Shown here: positions 18,968 to 32,351 of the stretch, piece by piece
Position numbering within the stretch: position 1 is the stretch's first letter
Layout: every line of letters starts with the position of its first letter
Assembly (NCBI GenBank): GCA_964569795.1
Contig: CAZMVB010000008.1
Coordinates: 12,303 to 76,302, forward strand
Source of the DNA: an uncultured Desulfarculales bacterium
Lineage (GTDB): Bacteria > Desulfobacterota > Desulfarculia > Desulfarculales > JAHJDS01
Length of the DNA stretch: 64,000 nt
Direction: 5' to 3'
The notes under the pieces: generated by a model
What the model was told of the DNA's origin: nothing
The model's database searches: none
The model's input: only the letters and a program-made list of their open reading frames with translations
Position numbers and translations under genes: made by a program

Positions 18968-19329
18968 TACTCGGACGTCTGGCTGTGATACTCCTCGGCA
19001 TCCATCAGGTCGTCCATTTCCTCGGGCTCGGTCAGCCGGACCCGGGTGATCCAGCCCTTTTCCTCGGGCGAATCATTGATCAGATCCGGATGGTCGTCGA
19101 GTTCCAGGTTGGACTCGACGACCACGCCTGACACCGGGGCGATCAGGTCCGAGACCGTCTTCTGGGACTCGATCTGCCCGAAGACCTCACCGGCCACCAG
19201 CTCGTCGTCCTCTTCAGGCAGATCCACGAACACGATCTTGCCCAGTTGATCCTGGGCAAACTGGGTAATGCCTATCCGGGCCTCCTCGCCCTCGAGGCGG
19301 GCCCAGGTGTGTTCCGGGTGGTACTTCAT
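18967..19329 (-). CDS. gcvH: Glycine cleavage H protein (lipoyl carrier)
   Basis: YHPEHTW, GITQFAQDQLG.IVFV.LP, IESQK lipoyl-Lys, APVSG, NDSPEEKGW. Confidence 0.95.
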   Translation of the reverse strand: MKYHPEHTWARLEGEEARIGITQFAQDQLGKIVFVDLPEEDDELVAGEVFGQIESQKTVSDLIAPVSGVVVESNLELDDHPDLINDSPEEKGWITRVRLTEPEEMDDLMDAEEYHSQTSE

Positions 19330-19447
19330 GTCGGCTCTCCTGCGACTAAATGGATTGGACTCCGGCTTATTATCACATTTGGCCCGCCCGGGGCAATTAC
19401 CTGGGGAACCGGGAGGCCGGCCGGCGAGTCCAATCAGAAAACGGGCC

Positions 19448-19622
19448 GTGCCAGTGGGGTGCCAGTGGGCACCTTAATTCGCGGGGTTGTCCCGTGGGCC
19501 ATTGGCCACTTGAGCCGCGATCGAACGCCTCAGGCGCTGATTTTTAGTGCCAGTGGGCACCTTAATTCGCGGGGTTGCCCCGTGGGCCGTTGGCCGCTTG
19601 AGCCGCGATCGAACGCCTCAGG
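19448..19622 (-). repeat. REP-like tandem array (right), inverted relative to the left array
   Basis: GTGCCAGTGGGCAC at 19459 and 19547 plus a partial copy at 19448; the unit is the reverse complement of the left unit. Confidence 0.9.
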
Positions 19623-19708
19623 CCCTGGACCCCGGCAGGCGGGTCGGCATTGACCGGCCCCTGACCGGAAGTGTATTATCAAGGAGTATCCAGCACATGG
19701 AGGCAGTC

Positions 19709-21394
19709 ATGAGGTTCCGACTTTGGGCCGTCCTACCGGCCGTTGTCCTGGCCGGTCTGGTGGCGGCGCCCGTCCTTTCAGGGACCCCGGCGCCGCTTCA
19801 GGTCAAAACCAAGATCACAGAGGTCACCGTCTATCCCCGCCGGGCCCAGGTCACCCGGGTCGGCCGGTTGCAGGTGCCGGCCGGGGTGCACCGGATCAGC
19901 GTCACCGGCCTGCCCTATCGCCTGTCCACCGCCTCGGTCCGGGTCAAGCTCATGGGACCGGCCGGACTGGCCTTCCAGGGGGTCGAGGTCCTGAGCCGCT
20001 ACCACCGAAACGTCACCTCGCTCCAGGAGAAAAAGCTGCGGGAGAAACTGCTGGCGCTGGTGGCCAAGTACAACCACGTCCGCGACCGTATCAGCGTGGT
20101 CAACGAGCAGCTCAATTTCCTGAGGAACCTGGCCCGGAACACGGCCCGGCGGGTGGGCCAGCAGGTCCTGGTCAAGTTGCCGGCCACGACCGACCTGGAC
20201 GCCCTGATGAACTTCGCCGCCAAGAAGAGCCTCGAACTCCTGGACAGGCGGCGGGCCCTGCAAAAACAGACCCGCGGGATCAGCCAGGATATGCGGGTGG
20301 CCCGGGTGGAACTGGGGCGTATCCGGCGCGGCTATGCCCGGCGGACCCGGGAGGCGGTGATCCTGGTCAAGGCCCAAAAGGCCGGTCAGGTCAAGGTCCA
20401 GATCTCCTACCTGGTCTGGGGCGCCACCTGGCGGCCGCTGTACCTGGCCCGTCACCTGGACGGCGGGGACAAGGTCAGATTGACCATGCTGGCCCAGATC
20501 CGGCAGCGGACCGACGAGGACTGGCAGGGCGTCCGCCTGACCCTGTCCACGGCCCGGCCGTCGATCAGCAGCCGGCCGCCTTTCCTCAGTGTCTGGCGCT
20601 TGAGGCTGTACACGCCCATGCCGCTAAAGGCCAAGCGGAAGGCCTTGCGGGAGGAACGGTCCAGGACCGGTTACTACCGGAGGCGGCTGGCTGCCCCGGC
20701 ACCGCCGCCCCGGCCCTCGGGAGGGATCCAGGACGCCGCCTCCAGGCGGGCGACGACCATCACCGCCGGAATTTCCTCCCGGCTGGGTTCCTTCCAGTTC
20801 AAGATCGAGCATCCCATGGACGTCCCGGCGGACGGCCGCTATCACCAGACGACCATCCTGGTCAAGGACCTGCCGGCCCAGGTCGAGTACCTGGCCGTGC
20901 CGGCCCGCTCGACCCGGGTCTTCATCCAGGCCAGGGTCACCAACGACACCCGGACGGTGCTCCTGCCCGGACAGATGAACATCTTCTCCGGACCGGACTT
21001 CGTGGGTCGCTCCTACCTGTCGATGATCTCGCCCAAGCAGAAATTCACCCTGTCCCTGGGCGTCGATCCCCAGGTCCGGATCAAGCGTCAGCGCCTGGTC
21101 TTCAAAAAGGGCGACCTCAACAAGTGGGTCAAGCTGCTGCAGTTGGCCTGGCGGACCGAGATCACCAACTTCCATCAGAAACCGATCACCATCCGAATCA
21201 AGGACTGGATGCCTGTATCCGGCAGCCCGGATCTGAAACTGGCCCGCCTCAAGGTCACGCCCAAGCCGACCAAGGTGGACAAGGACCGCGGCCATTTCGA
21301 GTGGCTGCTGACCCTCAAGCCGGGCCAGAAGAAGGTCTTTAACCTGGGCCTCACCTACCGCTACCCGGCCAAGAGGAAGATGACCGGCATCTAA
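19709..21394 (+). CDS. DUF4140/DUF4139 (MuiA-like) secreted protein
   Basis: ITEVTVYP.RAQVTR, ISY....ATWRP.Y, QRTDEDW..V.LTLSTARP, LSLGVDP; start at the ATG after GGAGG. Confidence 0.85.
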   Translation: MRFRLWAVLPAVVLAGLVAAPVLSGTPAPLQVKTKITEVTVYPRRAQVTRVGRLQVPAGVHRISVTGLPYRLSTASVRVKLMGPAGLAFQGVEVLSRYHRNVTSLQEKKLREKLLALVAKYNHVRDRISVVNEQLNFLRNLARNTARRVGQQVLVKLPATTDLDALMNFAAKKSLELLDRRRALQKQTRGISQDMRVARVELGRIRRGYARRTREAVILVKAQKAGQVKVQISYLVWGATWRPLYLARHLDGGDKVRLTMLAQIRQRTDEDWQGVRLTLSTARPSISSRPPFLSVWRLRLYTPMPLKAKRKALREERSRTGYYRRRLAAPAPPPRPSGGIQDAASRRATTITAGISSRLGSFQFKIEHPMDVPADGRYHQTTILVKDLPAQVEYLAVPARSTRVFIQARVTNDTRTVLLPGQMNIFSGPDFVGRSYLSMISPKQKFTLSLGVDPQVRIKRQRLVFKKGDLNKWVKLLQLAWRTEITNFHQKPITIRIKDWMPVSGSPDLKLARLKVTPKPTKVDKDRGHFEWLLTLKPGQKKVFNLGLTYRYPAKRKMTGI

Positions 21395-21441
21395 CCGAAA
21401 TAAATCCCGAGCCGGTGGACAATCCTGGCCCCCGGCACGGC

Positions 21442-21475
21442 GGCGAACGGCCCTTGGCGGCCGTTCGCCTTTTTT
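21442..21475 (+). terminator. Intrinsic terminator
   Basis: GGCGAACGGCC..GGCCGTTCGCC followed by T6. Confidence 0.8.
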
Positions 21476-21568
21476 ATGGGTTTTTCCGATAACGACCGTT
21501 TGCCATCCCCGGAAAGTATGCTACCATTCGCCCCAGTCAAGACGAAACTCTGGACAGGTAAGAACGAA

Positions 21569-22726
21569 ATGATGATTGAGGAATTTCAGTTTCAGAGCAC
21601 TCCCCGGCTGATTTTCGGCGAGGACTCCCTGGGGGTCTTGGCCGACGAGATCAGGCGCCTGGGGGGTTCCCGGGCCCTGATCGCGGCTGATCCGAGCCTG
21701 ACGGACGTGGTCAACCGAGCCGCCCGGGACCTCGACGGTCAAGGGATACTCAGCCAGGTTTACCTGGGCGTCGGGCCCGAGCCCTCGCCGGACATGGCCG
21801 AGACGGCGGCCGAACTGGCCCGGGCCCACGGCTGCGACGTGGTGGTGGGCCTGGGCGGCGGCTCGTCCCTGGACACGGCCAAGGCGGCGGCCGTGCTGGC
21901 GACCAACGGCGGCCGGGTGGCCGATTACCTGGGCCTGGACAAGGTGCCCGCGGCCGGGCTGCCCAAGATCATGATCCCGACCACGGCCGGGACCGGGGCC
22001 GAGGCGACCTTCACCGCCGTGTTCACCGACCGGACCGCCGGCTGGAAGGGCGGCGTCAACTCCCGGTTCCTGTATCCCGAGACGGCCATCCTGGATCCCA
22101 AGCTGACCTACACCGTCCCGCCCGACGTCACCGCCTTCACCGGACTGGACGCCCTGACCCACGCCGTCGAGGCATATCTGGGCCGGGCGGCCAATCCCCT
22201 GACCGATCTCTACGCGGAAAAGGCCGTCGCGCTGATCGCGACCCATCTCCGCCGGGCGGCCGCCGAGCCGACCGATGCTTCGGCCCGGCGCCAGATGCTC
22301 CTGGGGAGCCTGCTGGCCGGCTTGGCCCTGGCCGGGGCCGGCGTGGGCGCGGTCCACGCCCTGGCCTACTCCCTGGGGGCCATGTTCGACGTGCCCCACG
22401 GCAAGGCCAATTCGGTCCTGCTGCCCCACGTCCTGGCCTTCAACCTGCCCGCCTGCACGCCGCGCCTGGTGCGCCTGGGACGGCTGATGGGCCTGCCGCC
22501 CCGGCCGGGCGCCGAGGAACTCCAGGCCCAGGACACCGTCCAGGCCATTGCCCAACTGGCGACCGACCTGGGCGTGCCTCGGACCCTGCGGGCCCTGAAC
22601 GTGCCCCGGGAGGCCCTGCCCCAGATGGCCGACAAGGCCCTGGCCGTGGACCGACCCATCGCCAACAATCCCCGGACCGTGGACTTAAACGACCTGCTGT
22701 CCATCTACCAAGACATCTACGAGTGA
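21569..22726 (+). CDS. Iron-containing alcohol dehydrogenase, candidate Kdo 8-oxidase (KdnB-like role)
   Basis: GGGSSLDTAK, PTTAGTGAE, DALTHAVE, HALAY, HG; directly upstream of kdnA-like and kdsB genes. Confidence 0.8.
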   Translation: MMIEEFQFQSTPRLIFGEDSLGVLADEIRRLGGSRALIAADPSLTDVVNRAARDLDGQGILSQVYLGVGPEPSPDMAETAAELARAHGCDVVVGLGGGSSLDTAKAAAVLATNGGRVADYLGLDKVPAAGLPKIMIPTTAGTGAEATFTAVFTDRTAGWKGGVNSRFLYPETAILDPKLTYTVPPDVTAFTGLDALTHAVEAYLGRAANPLTDLYAEKAVALIATHLRRAAAEPTDASARRQMLLGSLLAGLALAGAGVGAVHALAYSLGAMFDVPHGKANSVLLPHVLAFNLPACTPRLVRLGRLMGLPPRPGAEELQAQDTVQAIAQLATDLGVPRTLRALNVPREALPQMADKALAVDRPIANNPRTVDLNDLLSIYQDIYE

Positions 22727-22738
22727 GGAGTTAGGCTG

Positions 22739-23935
22739 ATGCCCGGATTCGAGTTGTTGGGCCAGGACGAGACCAAACAGGTCCTGGACGTCATGGCCCG
22801 CGGGGTGCTCTTTCGCTACGAGTTTAAGAAGGAGCGCCGGGGAGTTTACAAGGTCAGGCAGTTCGAACAGAAATTCGCCGCCTATCACGGCGCCAGATAC
22901 GGCCTGGCCGTCAGCTCGGGCTCGGCCGCCCTCAAGGTCGCCCTGGCGGCCCTGGGCCTGGGGCCGGGTGACGAGGTCATCGTCCCGGGCTTCACCTTTG
23001 TCGCCTCCTGGGAGGCGATCCTGGACGTGGGGGCCGTGCCCGTGTTCGCCGAGATCGACGACACCCTCAACCTGGACCCCAAGCTGCTCGAGGAAAAAAT
23101 CGGCCCCCGGACCAAGGCCGTGATCTGCGTTCACATGCTCGGCGCGCCGGGCCGCATCGACCGGGTGGCCGCCCTCTGCCGCCGCAAAAACGTCCCCTTG
23201 ATCGAGGACACGGCCCAGGCCGCCGGGGGGACCTTCAAGGGCAAGGGCCTGGGCACCTTCGGGAACTGCGGCACCTTTTCCTTTGACTCGGTCAAGACGG
23301 TCACCACCGGCGAGGGAGGCCTGGTCATCACCAATGATGAGGGCCTGTACGTCACCGCCTCGGAGTACCACGACCACGGCCACGACCACGCCCCGGTCGG
23401 ACGCGGCAACGAGGGCCGTCGCTTCTCCGGCTTCAACTTCCGGATGATGGAACTCCAGGGGGCCCTGGGCCTGGCCCAGCTCAAAAAATTGCCGCGGATG
23501 ATCAAGATCCAGCGCCAGAACAAGGCCATTCTCAAGGAGGGGCTGACCGGGATCAAGGGTCTCAGGTTCCGCCGCCTGCCGGATTCGGCCGGCGATTCCG
23601 CCACCTTCCTGTCCTGGTTCCTCCCCGATGCGGACACGGCCGCCGCCTTCAACCAGGCCCTGGCCAAACGGGGCGCCGGGGCCATCCCCTGGGGGGTCAA
23701 CACCTGGCACAATTACCATCACTGGGAGCACCTCCACGCCGGGGCGACCCCCATCGACTCGGGCTGGCCCTACCAGCGGGGTCAGAGGCGCCTCAAATAC
23801 CGGCCCGACGATCTGCCCCGGACCGGCCACTGGCTCGAGCGGTGCCTAAGCTGGCAGATCATGCTCAAGACGCCCCGGGCCCGGCTCAAACAAATGATCG
23901 CGGCCGCCCGTGAGGCGGCGGCCGAGGTCTTATAG
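22739..23935 (+). CDS. kdnA: DegT/DnrJ-family PLP aminotransferase, KdnA-like
   Basis: N-terminal MPGFEL, FRYEF, SFDSVKT, DHGHDH and NxWH-like motifs match my recollection of Shewanella KdnA. Confidence 0.75.
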   Translation: MPGFELLGQDETKQVLDVMARGVLFRYEFKKERRGVYKVRQFEQKFAAYHGARYGLAVSSGSAALKVALAALGLGPGDEVIVPGFTFVASWEAILDVGAVPVFAEIDDTLNLDPKLLEEKIGPRTKAVICVHMLGAPGRIDRVAALCRRKNVPLIEDTAQAAGGTFKGKGLGTFGNCGTFSFDSVKTVTTGEGGLVITNDEGLYVTASEYHDHGHDHAPVGRGNEGRRFSGFNFRMMELQGALGLAQLKKLPRMIKIQRQNKAILKEGLTGIKGLRFRRLPDSAGDSATFLSWFLPDADTAAAFNQALAKRGAGAIPWGVNTWHNYHHWEHLHAGATPIDSGWPYQRGQRRLKYRPDDLPRTGHWLERCLSWQIMLKTPRARLKQMIAAAREAAAEVL

Positions 23936-23939
23936 GGCC

Positions 23940-24686
23940 ATGCGGATCACGGTCGTCATCCCGGCCCGCTACGGATCGACCCGGTTTCCCGGTAAACCTC
24001 TGTGCAAACTGGCCGGACGGACCATGATCGAGTGGGTCTGCCGCCGCGCCGCCCGGGCCCAGGGCGTGGATCAGGTCGTCGTGGCCACCGACGACGAGCG
24101 GATCACGGCCGAGGTGGCCCGGTTCGGCGGCCGGTCGGTCCTGACCACGGGCCGCTACGCCACCGGCTCGGACCGCGTCGCCGCGGCCGTAAGGGACATG
24201 GGGCTGGACCCAGGCGACGTGGTGGTCAACCTCCAAGGCGATCAACCCCTGTTCGATCCACGATGCCTGGACCAGGTGGTCGAACCCCTGAAAAACGAAC
24301 CCGACCTGGTGATGACCACCCTGGTCTATCCCATCACCGATCCCGCGGCCCTCAACAATCCCAACAACGTCAAGGCCGTCCTCGACGCCCAGGGCAACGC
24401 CCTCTACTTCTCCCGGAGCCCGATCCCCTTCGGCCGCGACGAGGCGCCCGAGCGATTTCACAAGCACCTGGGCATCTACGCCTTCCGCAAGAGCTTCCTG
24501 GACAAGTTCACCGCCCTGGCCCCGGGGCGGCTGGAGCAGATCGAAAAGCTGGAACAACTGCGGGCCCTGGAGCACGGCTTTCCCATCCGGTGCGTCATCA
24601 CCGAGCATGACTCGCCCGAGGTGGATGCCCCGGCCGACGTGGACCGGGTCTCGAAGATGATCGAGGCCGAGGAACGCCGGCAGTGA
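23940..24686 (+). CDS. kdsB: 3-deoxy-manno-octulosonate cytidylyltransferase
   Basis: IPARYGSTRFPGKPL, TGSDR, NLQGDQP, YFSRSPIP, HLGIY, LEQLRALE. Confidence 0.95.
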   Translation: MRITVVIPARYGSTRFPGKPLCKLAGRTMIEWVCRRAARAQGVDQVVVATDDERITAEVARFGGRSVLTTGRYATGSDRVAAAVRDMGLDPGDVVVNLQGDQPLFDPRCLDQVVEPLKNEPDLVMTTLVYPITDPAALNNPNNVKAVLDAQGNALYFSRSPIPFGRDEAPERFHKHLGIYAFRKSFLDKFTALAPGRLEQIEKLEQLRALEHGFPIRCVITEHDSPEVDAPADVDRVSKMIEAEERRQ

Positions 24687-26665
24687 CCGTTACGCGGTCT
24701 CTGTTCGTCCACGCCGGACCGCCCTGGATCTTCTATGTCCTGGCCGGGGCGGCCGTGGCGATCTTCGGACTCGGGGTCTGGGTCCGCCTGGTCCCCTGGT
24801 GGCAGGGGCGGGGCGGTTTCGGCCGGACCTCGGCCCGCCGAGTCATCAGGAACATTCTGGTTTACGGCCTGCTCGGGGCGCGCATCTGGCGCCGCGATTT
24901 CTGGGGCGGCCTGGCCCACGCGGCCGTGCTCTGGTCCTTCAGCCTGATGTTTCTGGGCACGGTCCTGCTGGCGATCCACGAATGGCTGATCCGGTTCCTG
25001 GTCGGCCGGACATATCTTATCTATTCATTTATCCTGGAAGTGTGCGGCCTGTTTTTCATCTCGGGCCTCCTGTTGCTCCTCTTCAGGCGCTATGTTTGGA
25101 AAAAGGGCCGAATGGAGCCTGGATTTGTCCACGCCGGTGTCTTGTTCCTGTTACTGCTGATCGCCGTCACCGGATTTCTGGCCGAGGGCCTCCGCCTGGC
25201 CGAGGCCAAACCGCCGTGGGCTGCCTGGTCCTTTGTCGGCTGGGGAGTGGCCAGTCTGTTTCCGGGCAGGCCGCCGGCCTGGCTGATGACCCACATCTGG
25301 TGGCTCCACGTCATGGCCGCCCTGTCCTTCATCGCCTGGCTGCCCTGGTCCAAGATGTGGCACGCCATCGCCACCCCGGTCTCACTTAGCCTGGACGGGG
25401 CCCGGGAGGAGGTCCTGACCGCCGAGGAACTGGAGGACCTGCCGGGCGAGTTTCTCCGGCGGGACATGCTCCGCCTGGACGCCTGCACCCGGTGCAACCG
25501 CTGCGAGACGGTCTGTCCCGCCTTCGCCGCCGGCGAACCCTGGTCGCCCCGGGATTTCATCCGGCAAACCAGGACCTACGTCCGCCGCAGGTACACGCCT
25601 CTCAACAAGATCAAGTTCATCCGGGATCGAAACGCCAAGCACCTGTCCGATACGGTCCCCATCGACCCGGATTTGATATTTCTGTGCTCGACCTGCGCCG
25701 CCTGCGAGGATGAGTGTCCGGCCAGGCTGACGCCCCTGTCCCTGGTCGGGCAGGTCCGGTCCACCATCATCGAGGAGGGGACCAGCGTCCCGCCGGACGT
25801 GGCCCAGGCCCTGGATTTTCTGGGTAAGTACCAGAACCCCTGGCAGCAGCCGCCGGCCAAGCGCCTGGACTGGGCTCGAGATCAAGAGGTGCCCGAGTTC
25901 GATCCCGAGTCAGAGGGACAACTGCTCTATTTCGTGGGCTGCACCAGCGCCGCGGACCTGCGGGCCCAGGCCATTCCCACGGCCGTGGCCGGGCTGCTGG
26001 ACCGGGCCGGGGTGGCCTACGGCGTGCTCGGCCCGGAAGAGCCCTGCTGCGGCGACGTGGCCCGCCGCCTGGGCGAAAGCGGCCTGTTCGAGATGCTGGT
26101 CGAGGATTTTTCCGAAATGCTGGCCGACCTGAAGCCGGCCGGCATCGTCACCTCATCGCCCCACTGCGCCTTCACCCTGGCCCAGGACTATCCGCCATTA
26201 GCCGCCAAGCTCGCCTCCGAGACCGCCCCGCCGCCCGTGACCCATTACTCCCAGGCGCTCGACAAATTGATCAACCATGGCCGCCTGACCCTGACCGGGT
26301 CCCTGGCCCGCCGGGTGGTCTATCACGACCCGTGCTACCTGGGCCGGCGGCTGGGCGAGTACGAGGCCCCGCGGCGGGTGCTGCGGGCCATTCCCGCACT
26401 GGAACTGGTCGAGATGGAGTTCAACCGGGCCCAATCGGTCTGCTGCGGCGGGGGCGGGGGCCGGATGTGGGTCGAGCCGGCCGGTGAGACCTCGATGGCC
26501 GTCAGGCGGGCGGCCCAGGCCGCGGCCACCGGGGCGGAACTGCTGGTGACCGCCTGTCCCTGGTGCCTGATCATGCTCACCGACGCGGTCAAGACCGGCG
26601 GCTTCGAGGACCAGCTCGAGGTGGTGGACCTGGCCGAACTCGTGGCCCGGGTCGCCGCGGACTGA
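24683..26665 (+). CDS. Membrane FeS oxidoreductase (NarI-like heme b domain, 2x4Fe-4S, CCG domains; FadF/EMO/HdrED-like)
   Basis: N-terminal TM helices with His; CTRCNRC..CP and CSTCAAC..CP; CCG, YHDPCYLGR, CCGGGGG. Confidence 0.85.
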   Translation: MTVTRSLFVHAGPPWIFYVLAGAAVAIFGLGVWVRLVPWWQGRGGFGRTSARRVIRNILVYGLLGARIWRRDFWGGLAHAAVLWSFSLMFLGTVLLAIHEWLIRFLVGRTYLIYSFILEVCGLFFISGLLLLLFRRYVWKKGRMEPGFVHAGVLFLLLLIAVTGFLAEGLRLAEAKPPWAAWSFVGWGVASLFPGRPPAWLMTHIWWLHVMAALSFIAWLPWSKMWHAIATPVSLSLDGAREEVLTAEELEDLPGEFLRRDMLRLDACTRCNRCETVCPAFAAGEPWSPRDFIRQTRTYVRRRYTPLNKIKFIRDRNAKHLSDTVPIDPDLIFLCSTCAACEDECPARLTPLSLVGQVRSTIIEEGTSVPPDVAQALDFLGKYQNPWQQPPAKRLDWARDQEVPEFDPESEGQLLYFVGCTSAADLRAQAIPTAVAGLLDRAGVAYGVLGPEEPCCGDVARRLGESGLFEMLVEDFSEMLADLKPAGIVTSSPHCAFTLAQDYPPLAAKLASETAPPPVTHYSQALDKLINHGRLTLTGSLARRVVYHDPCYLGRRLGEYEAPRRVLRAIPALELVEMEFNRAQSVCCGGGGGRMWVEPAGETSMAVRRAAQAAATGAELLVTACPWCLIMLTDAVKTGGFEDQLEVVDLAELVARVAAD

Positions 26666-26690
26666 CCGGGGGTTCCCGGTTAAAGGCCGA

Positions 26691-27856
26691 TCAGGACTGG
26701 TCAGACTCCAGGAAATGCTGGCGGTAGATCGCGACCAGCGACAGCAGGAACGACAGGATCAGCGGCCCCAGGATCAGCCCTAAAATTCCGAAGAGCTGCA
26801 AGCCCCCGACCACGGCGAAAAAGACCATCAGCGGATGCAGGTCCACCTGCCCGGCCAGCAGCCGGGGACGGATGACGTAGTCCCCGGTCATGGACGCCGC
26901 CAGGCTCGTCGCCACCAGGCCCACGGCCGTGATCGGGCTGCCGGTCAGGAACAGGAACAGGCCGACCGGCACGTAAACGATGGCCGTGCCCACCACCGGG
27001 ATGACCGAGGCGACGACCATGATCGCCCCCCAGAAGGCCGGCCCGGGCTGACCGAAGATCCAGAACACGATCCCGCCCATGATCCCCTGGAACAAGGCCA
27101 GCAGGATCGTGCCCCGCAAGGTGACCTGGATGGTGCGGATGATGCCCCGGATTATCTCCCGGCCGAACTCGGTCCCCATGGGGCTCAGCTCGGCCAGGAC
27201 GTTCATCAGCCGCTCGCCGTCGATGAACAGGTAGAAGGAGATGAACAGGATCAGGATCGAGCCGAAGACCAGCGAGCTGATCTGGCCGACTATTTTGAGG
27301 AGATTGGAATAGACGAACTGGGCCACCTGGCCGCCCATCTGGGCCAGGAAGTTGATCACCTTGGCCGGATCCAGGCCTATCCAGTGTTCGAGTCGATCCA
27401 GGATCTGCTGGGCCCAGACCCAGTCGCCCAGCCAGGAGTGATTGGCCGAGAAGAAGTGGGTGAACTGGTTGAGGCCGATGAGCTGGGAAATCCGGCTGTA
27501 GATCTCCAGGGCCTGGTTGACCACGATGCCGACCATCGAGGCCACCGGGATCAGGATCAGGGCGATCAGCACCAGACAGGTCAAAACCGAGGCGATCACC
27601 CGGTTCTTGACCAGCCTGAGGATGACGCTGTAAACCGGCCGGCCCACGGCGAACAGGACAAAGGCCAGGAAGATCTCGATCAGAAAGGGCTGAACGAGCC
27701 GGAAAGAGACGTAGCAGATGAACAGGAACAGGGCGGCGAAGAACCAGCGGGCCAGGGGCGATTCGAACAGGTGATGCGAAGGCGTGACGCAGGTCTGGTC
27801 GGGCGACCCGCGGCCGGACGCGGCCGGCGGTTCACCGGTGGGGGTCTTCGAGTCCA

Positions 27857-27857
<1 letters not shown>
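26691..27857 (-). CDS. AI-2E family transporter
   Basis: FYLFIDG, SVIPVVGTA, RPRLLAG..HPL..FFAV.GG..FG..G.ILGP. Confidence 0.9.
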
Positions 27858-30490
<2,633 letters not shown>

Positions 30491-30560
30491 GAAAGCCTCA
30501 TTGTTGGGGGACTAACCGGAACGGGTCACGGGGTGGTCGGCCTCACCGGAAAAAGGGCCT

Positions 30561-31604
<1,044 letters not shown>

Positions 31605-31645
31605 GGCTGCCTCGGCTTACGGGTTGGCAAAATGTACCGTGAGGT

Positions 31646-32248
31646 CTAAGTCCCCGTCAAGGGAAAGCGGGCCAGGGGTGTATAGGTCGGGCCGGCCGGC
31701 GACAATGAACTCTTAAAGAGGACCAACTCATGAATGAAAAATTCACCGGCTTCGACCTCGGCCAGTTCCAGGATCCGGCCCTTGAGCTGTCCCGGGTCTG
31801 GCTCGGGTCCCCTTTTTTTACCTCGTCCCTGTTTGACCCGGCCCAGGGTGAGGTGGGGCGAAAAGGGCCGGTTCTCGGGCTGAAATCCCAGCGGTTCCAG
31901 GGCCGTCTCGATGTTTTTCGCCAGGGCGGCCAGCAGGTCGAGCCCGCCGTGCACCCCCAGCCAGATCACCCGGGGCCGCCCCCGGGGCGGAAACGATCCG
32001 GCCCCGGCCAGGCCGATCTCGATGGGGCTGAACCGGGCGGCGATCGGTCCGACCGTCTCCTTGACCCGCTCCAGCGTGTCCGGAGCGACCCCGCCCAGGA
32101 ATTTTACGGTCAGGTGCAGGTTTTTCGGTTCGACCCACTTGACGCCATAGACGCCCGCCTGAAGCCGTTCTGATACACTTGCCGCCTCGCGGCGGACGTC
32201 CTCGGGCAGGTCGATGGCGATGAAGGATCTGATCGGCTGCTCGGACAA
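31646..32248 (-). CDS. thpR: RNA 2',3'-cyclic phosphodiesterase (2'-5' RNA ligase)
   Basis: RSFIAI; two HxT motifs (HLTVKFLG, PHLTLGR). Confidence 0.95.
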   Translation of the reverse strand: MSEQPIRSFIAIDLPEDVRREAASVSERLQAGVYGVKWVEPKNLHLTVKFLGGVAPDTLERVKETVGPIAARFSPIEIGLAGAGSFPPRGRPRVIWLGVHGGLDLLAALAKNIETALEPLGFQPENRPFSPHLTLGRVKQGRGKKRGPEPDPGQLKGRILELAEVEAGEFFIHELVLFKSSLSPAGPTYTPLARFPLTGT

Positions 32249-32351
32249 CGGCGTTCGTCCTAAAGGATGGGTCCATATATTATAAAAAACCTTGAACCTG
32301 AAATAGTCTCGATCCTTTCGACGACCATGTCAAGGATGGGCCGAAGGCAAG

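Noticed and set aside
18775-19622. CRISPR array
   Set aside because: Units are 78-88 nt and conserved along their length with no unique spacers, the two arrays are inverted, and no cas genes are present.
19547-19708. N-terminal extension of the DUF4139 ORF
   Set aside because: It is translation through the repeat array; the real start is the ATG at 19709 with GGAGG and a signal peptide.
30491-30560. Missing recX between recA and alaS
   Set aside because: recX is patchily distributed; its absence is unremarkable.
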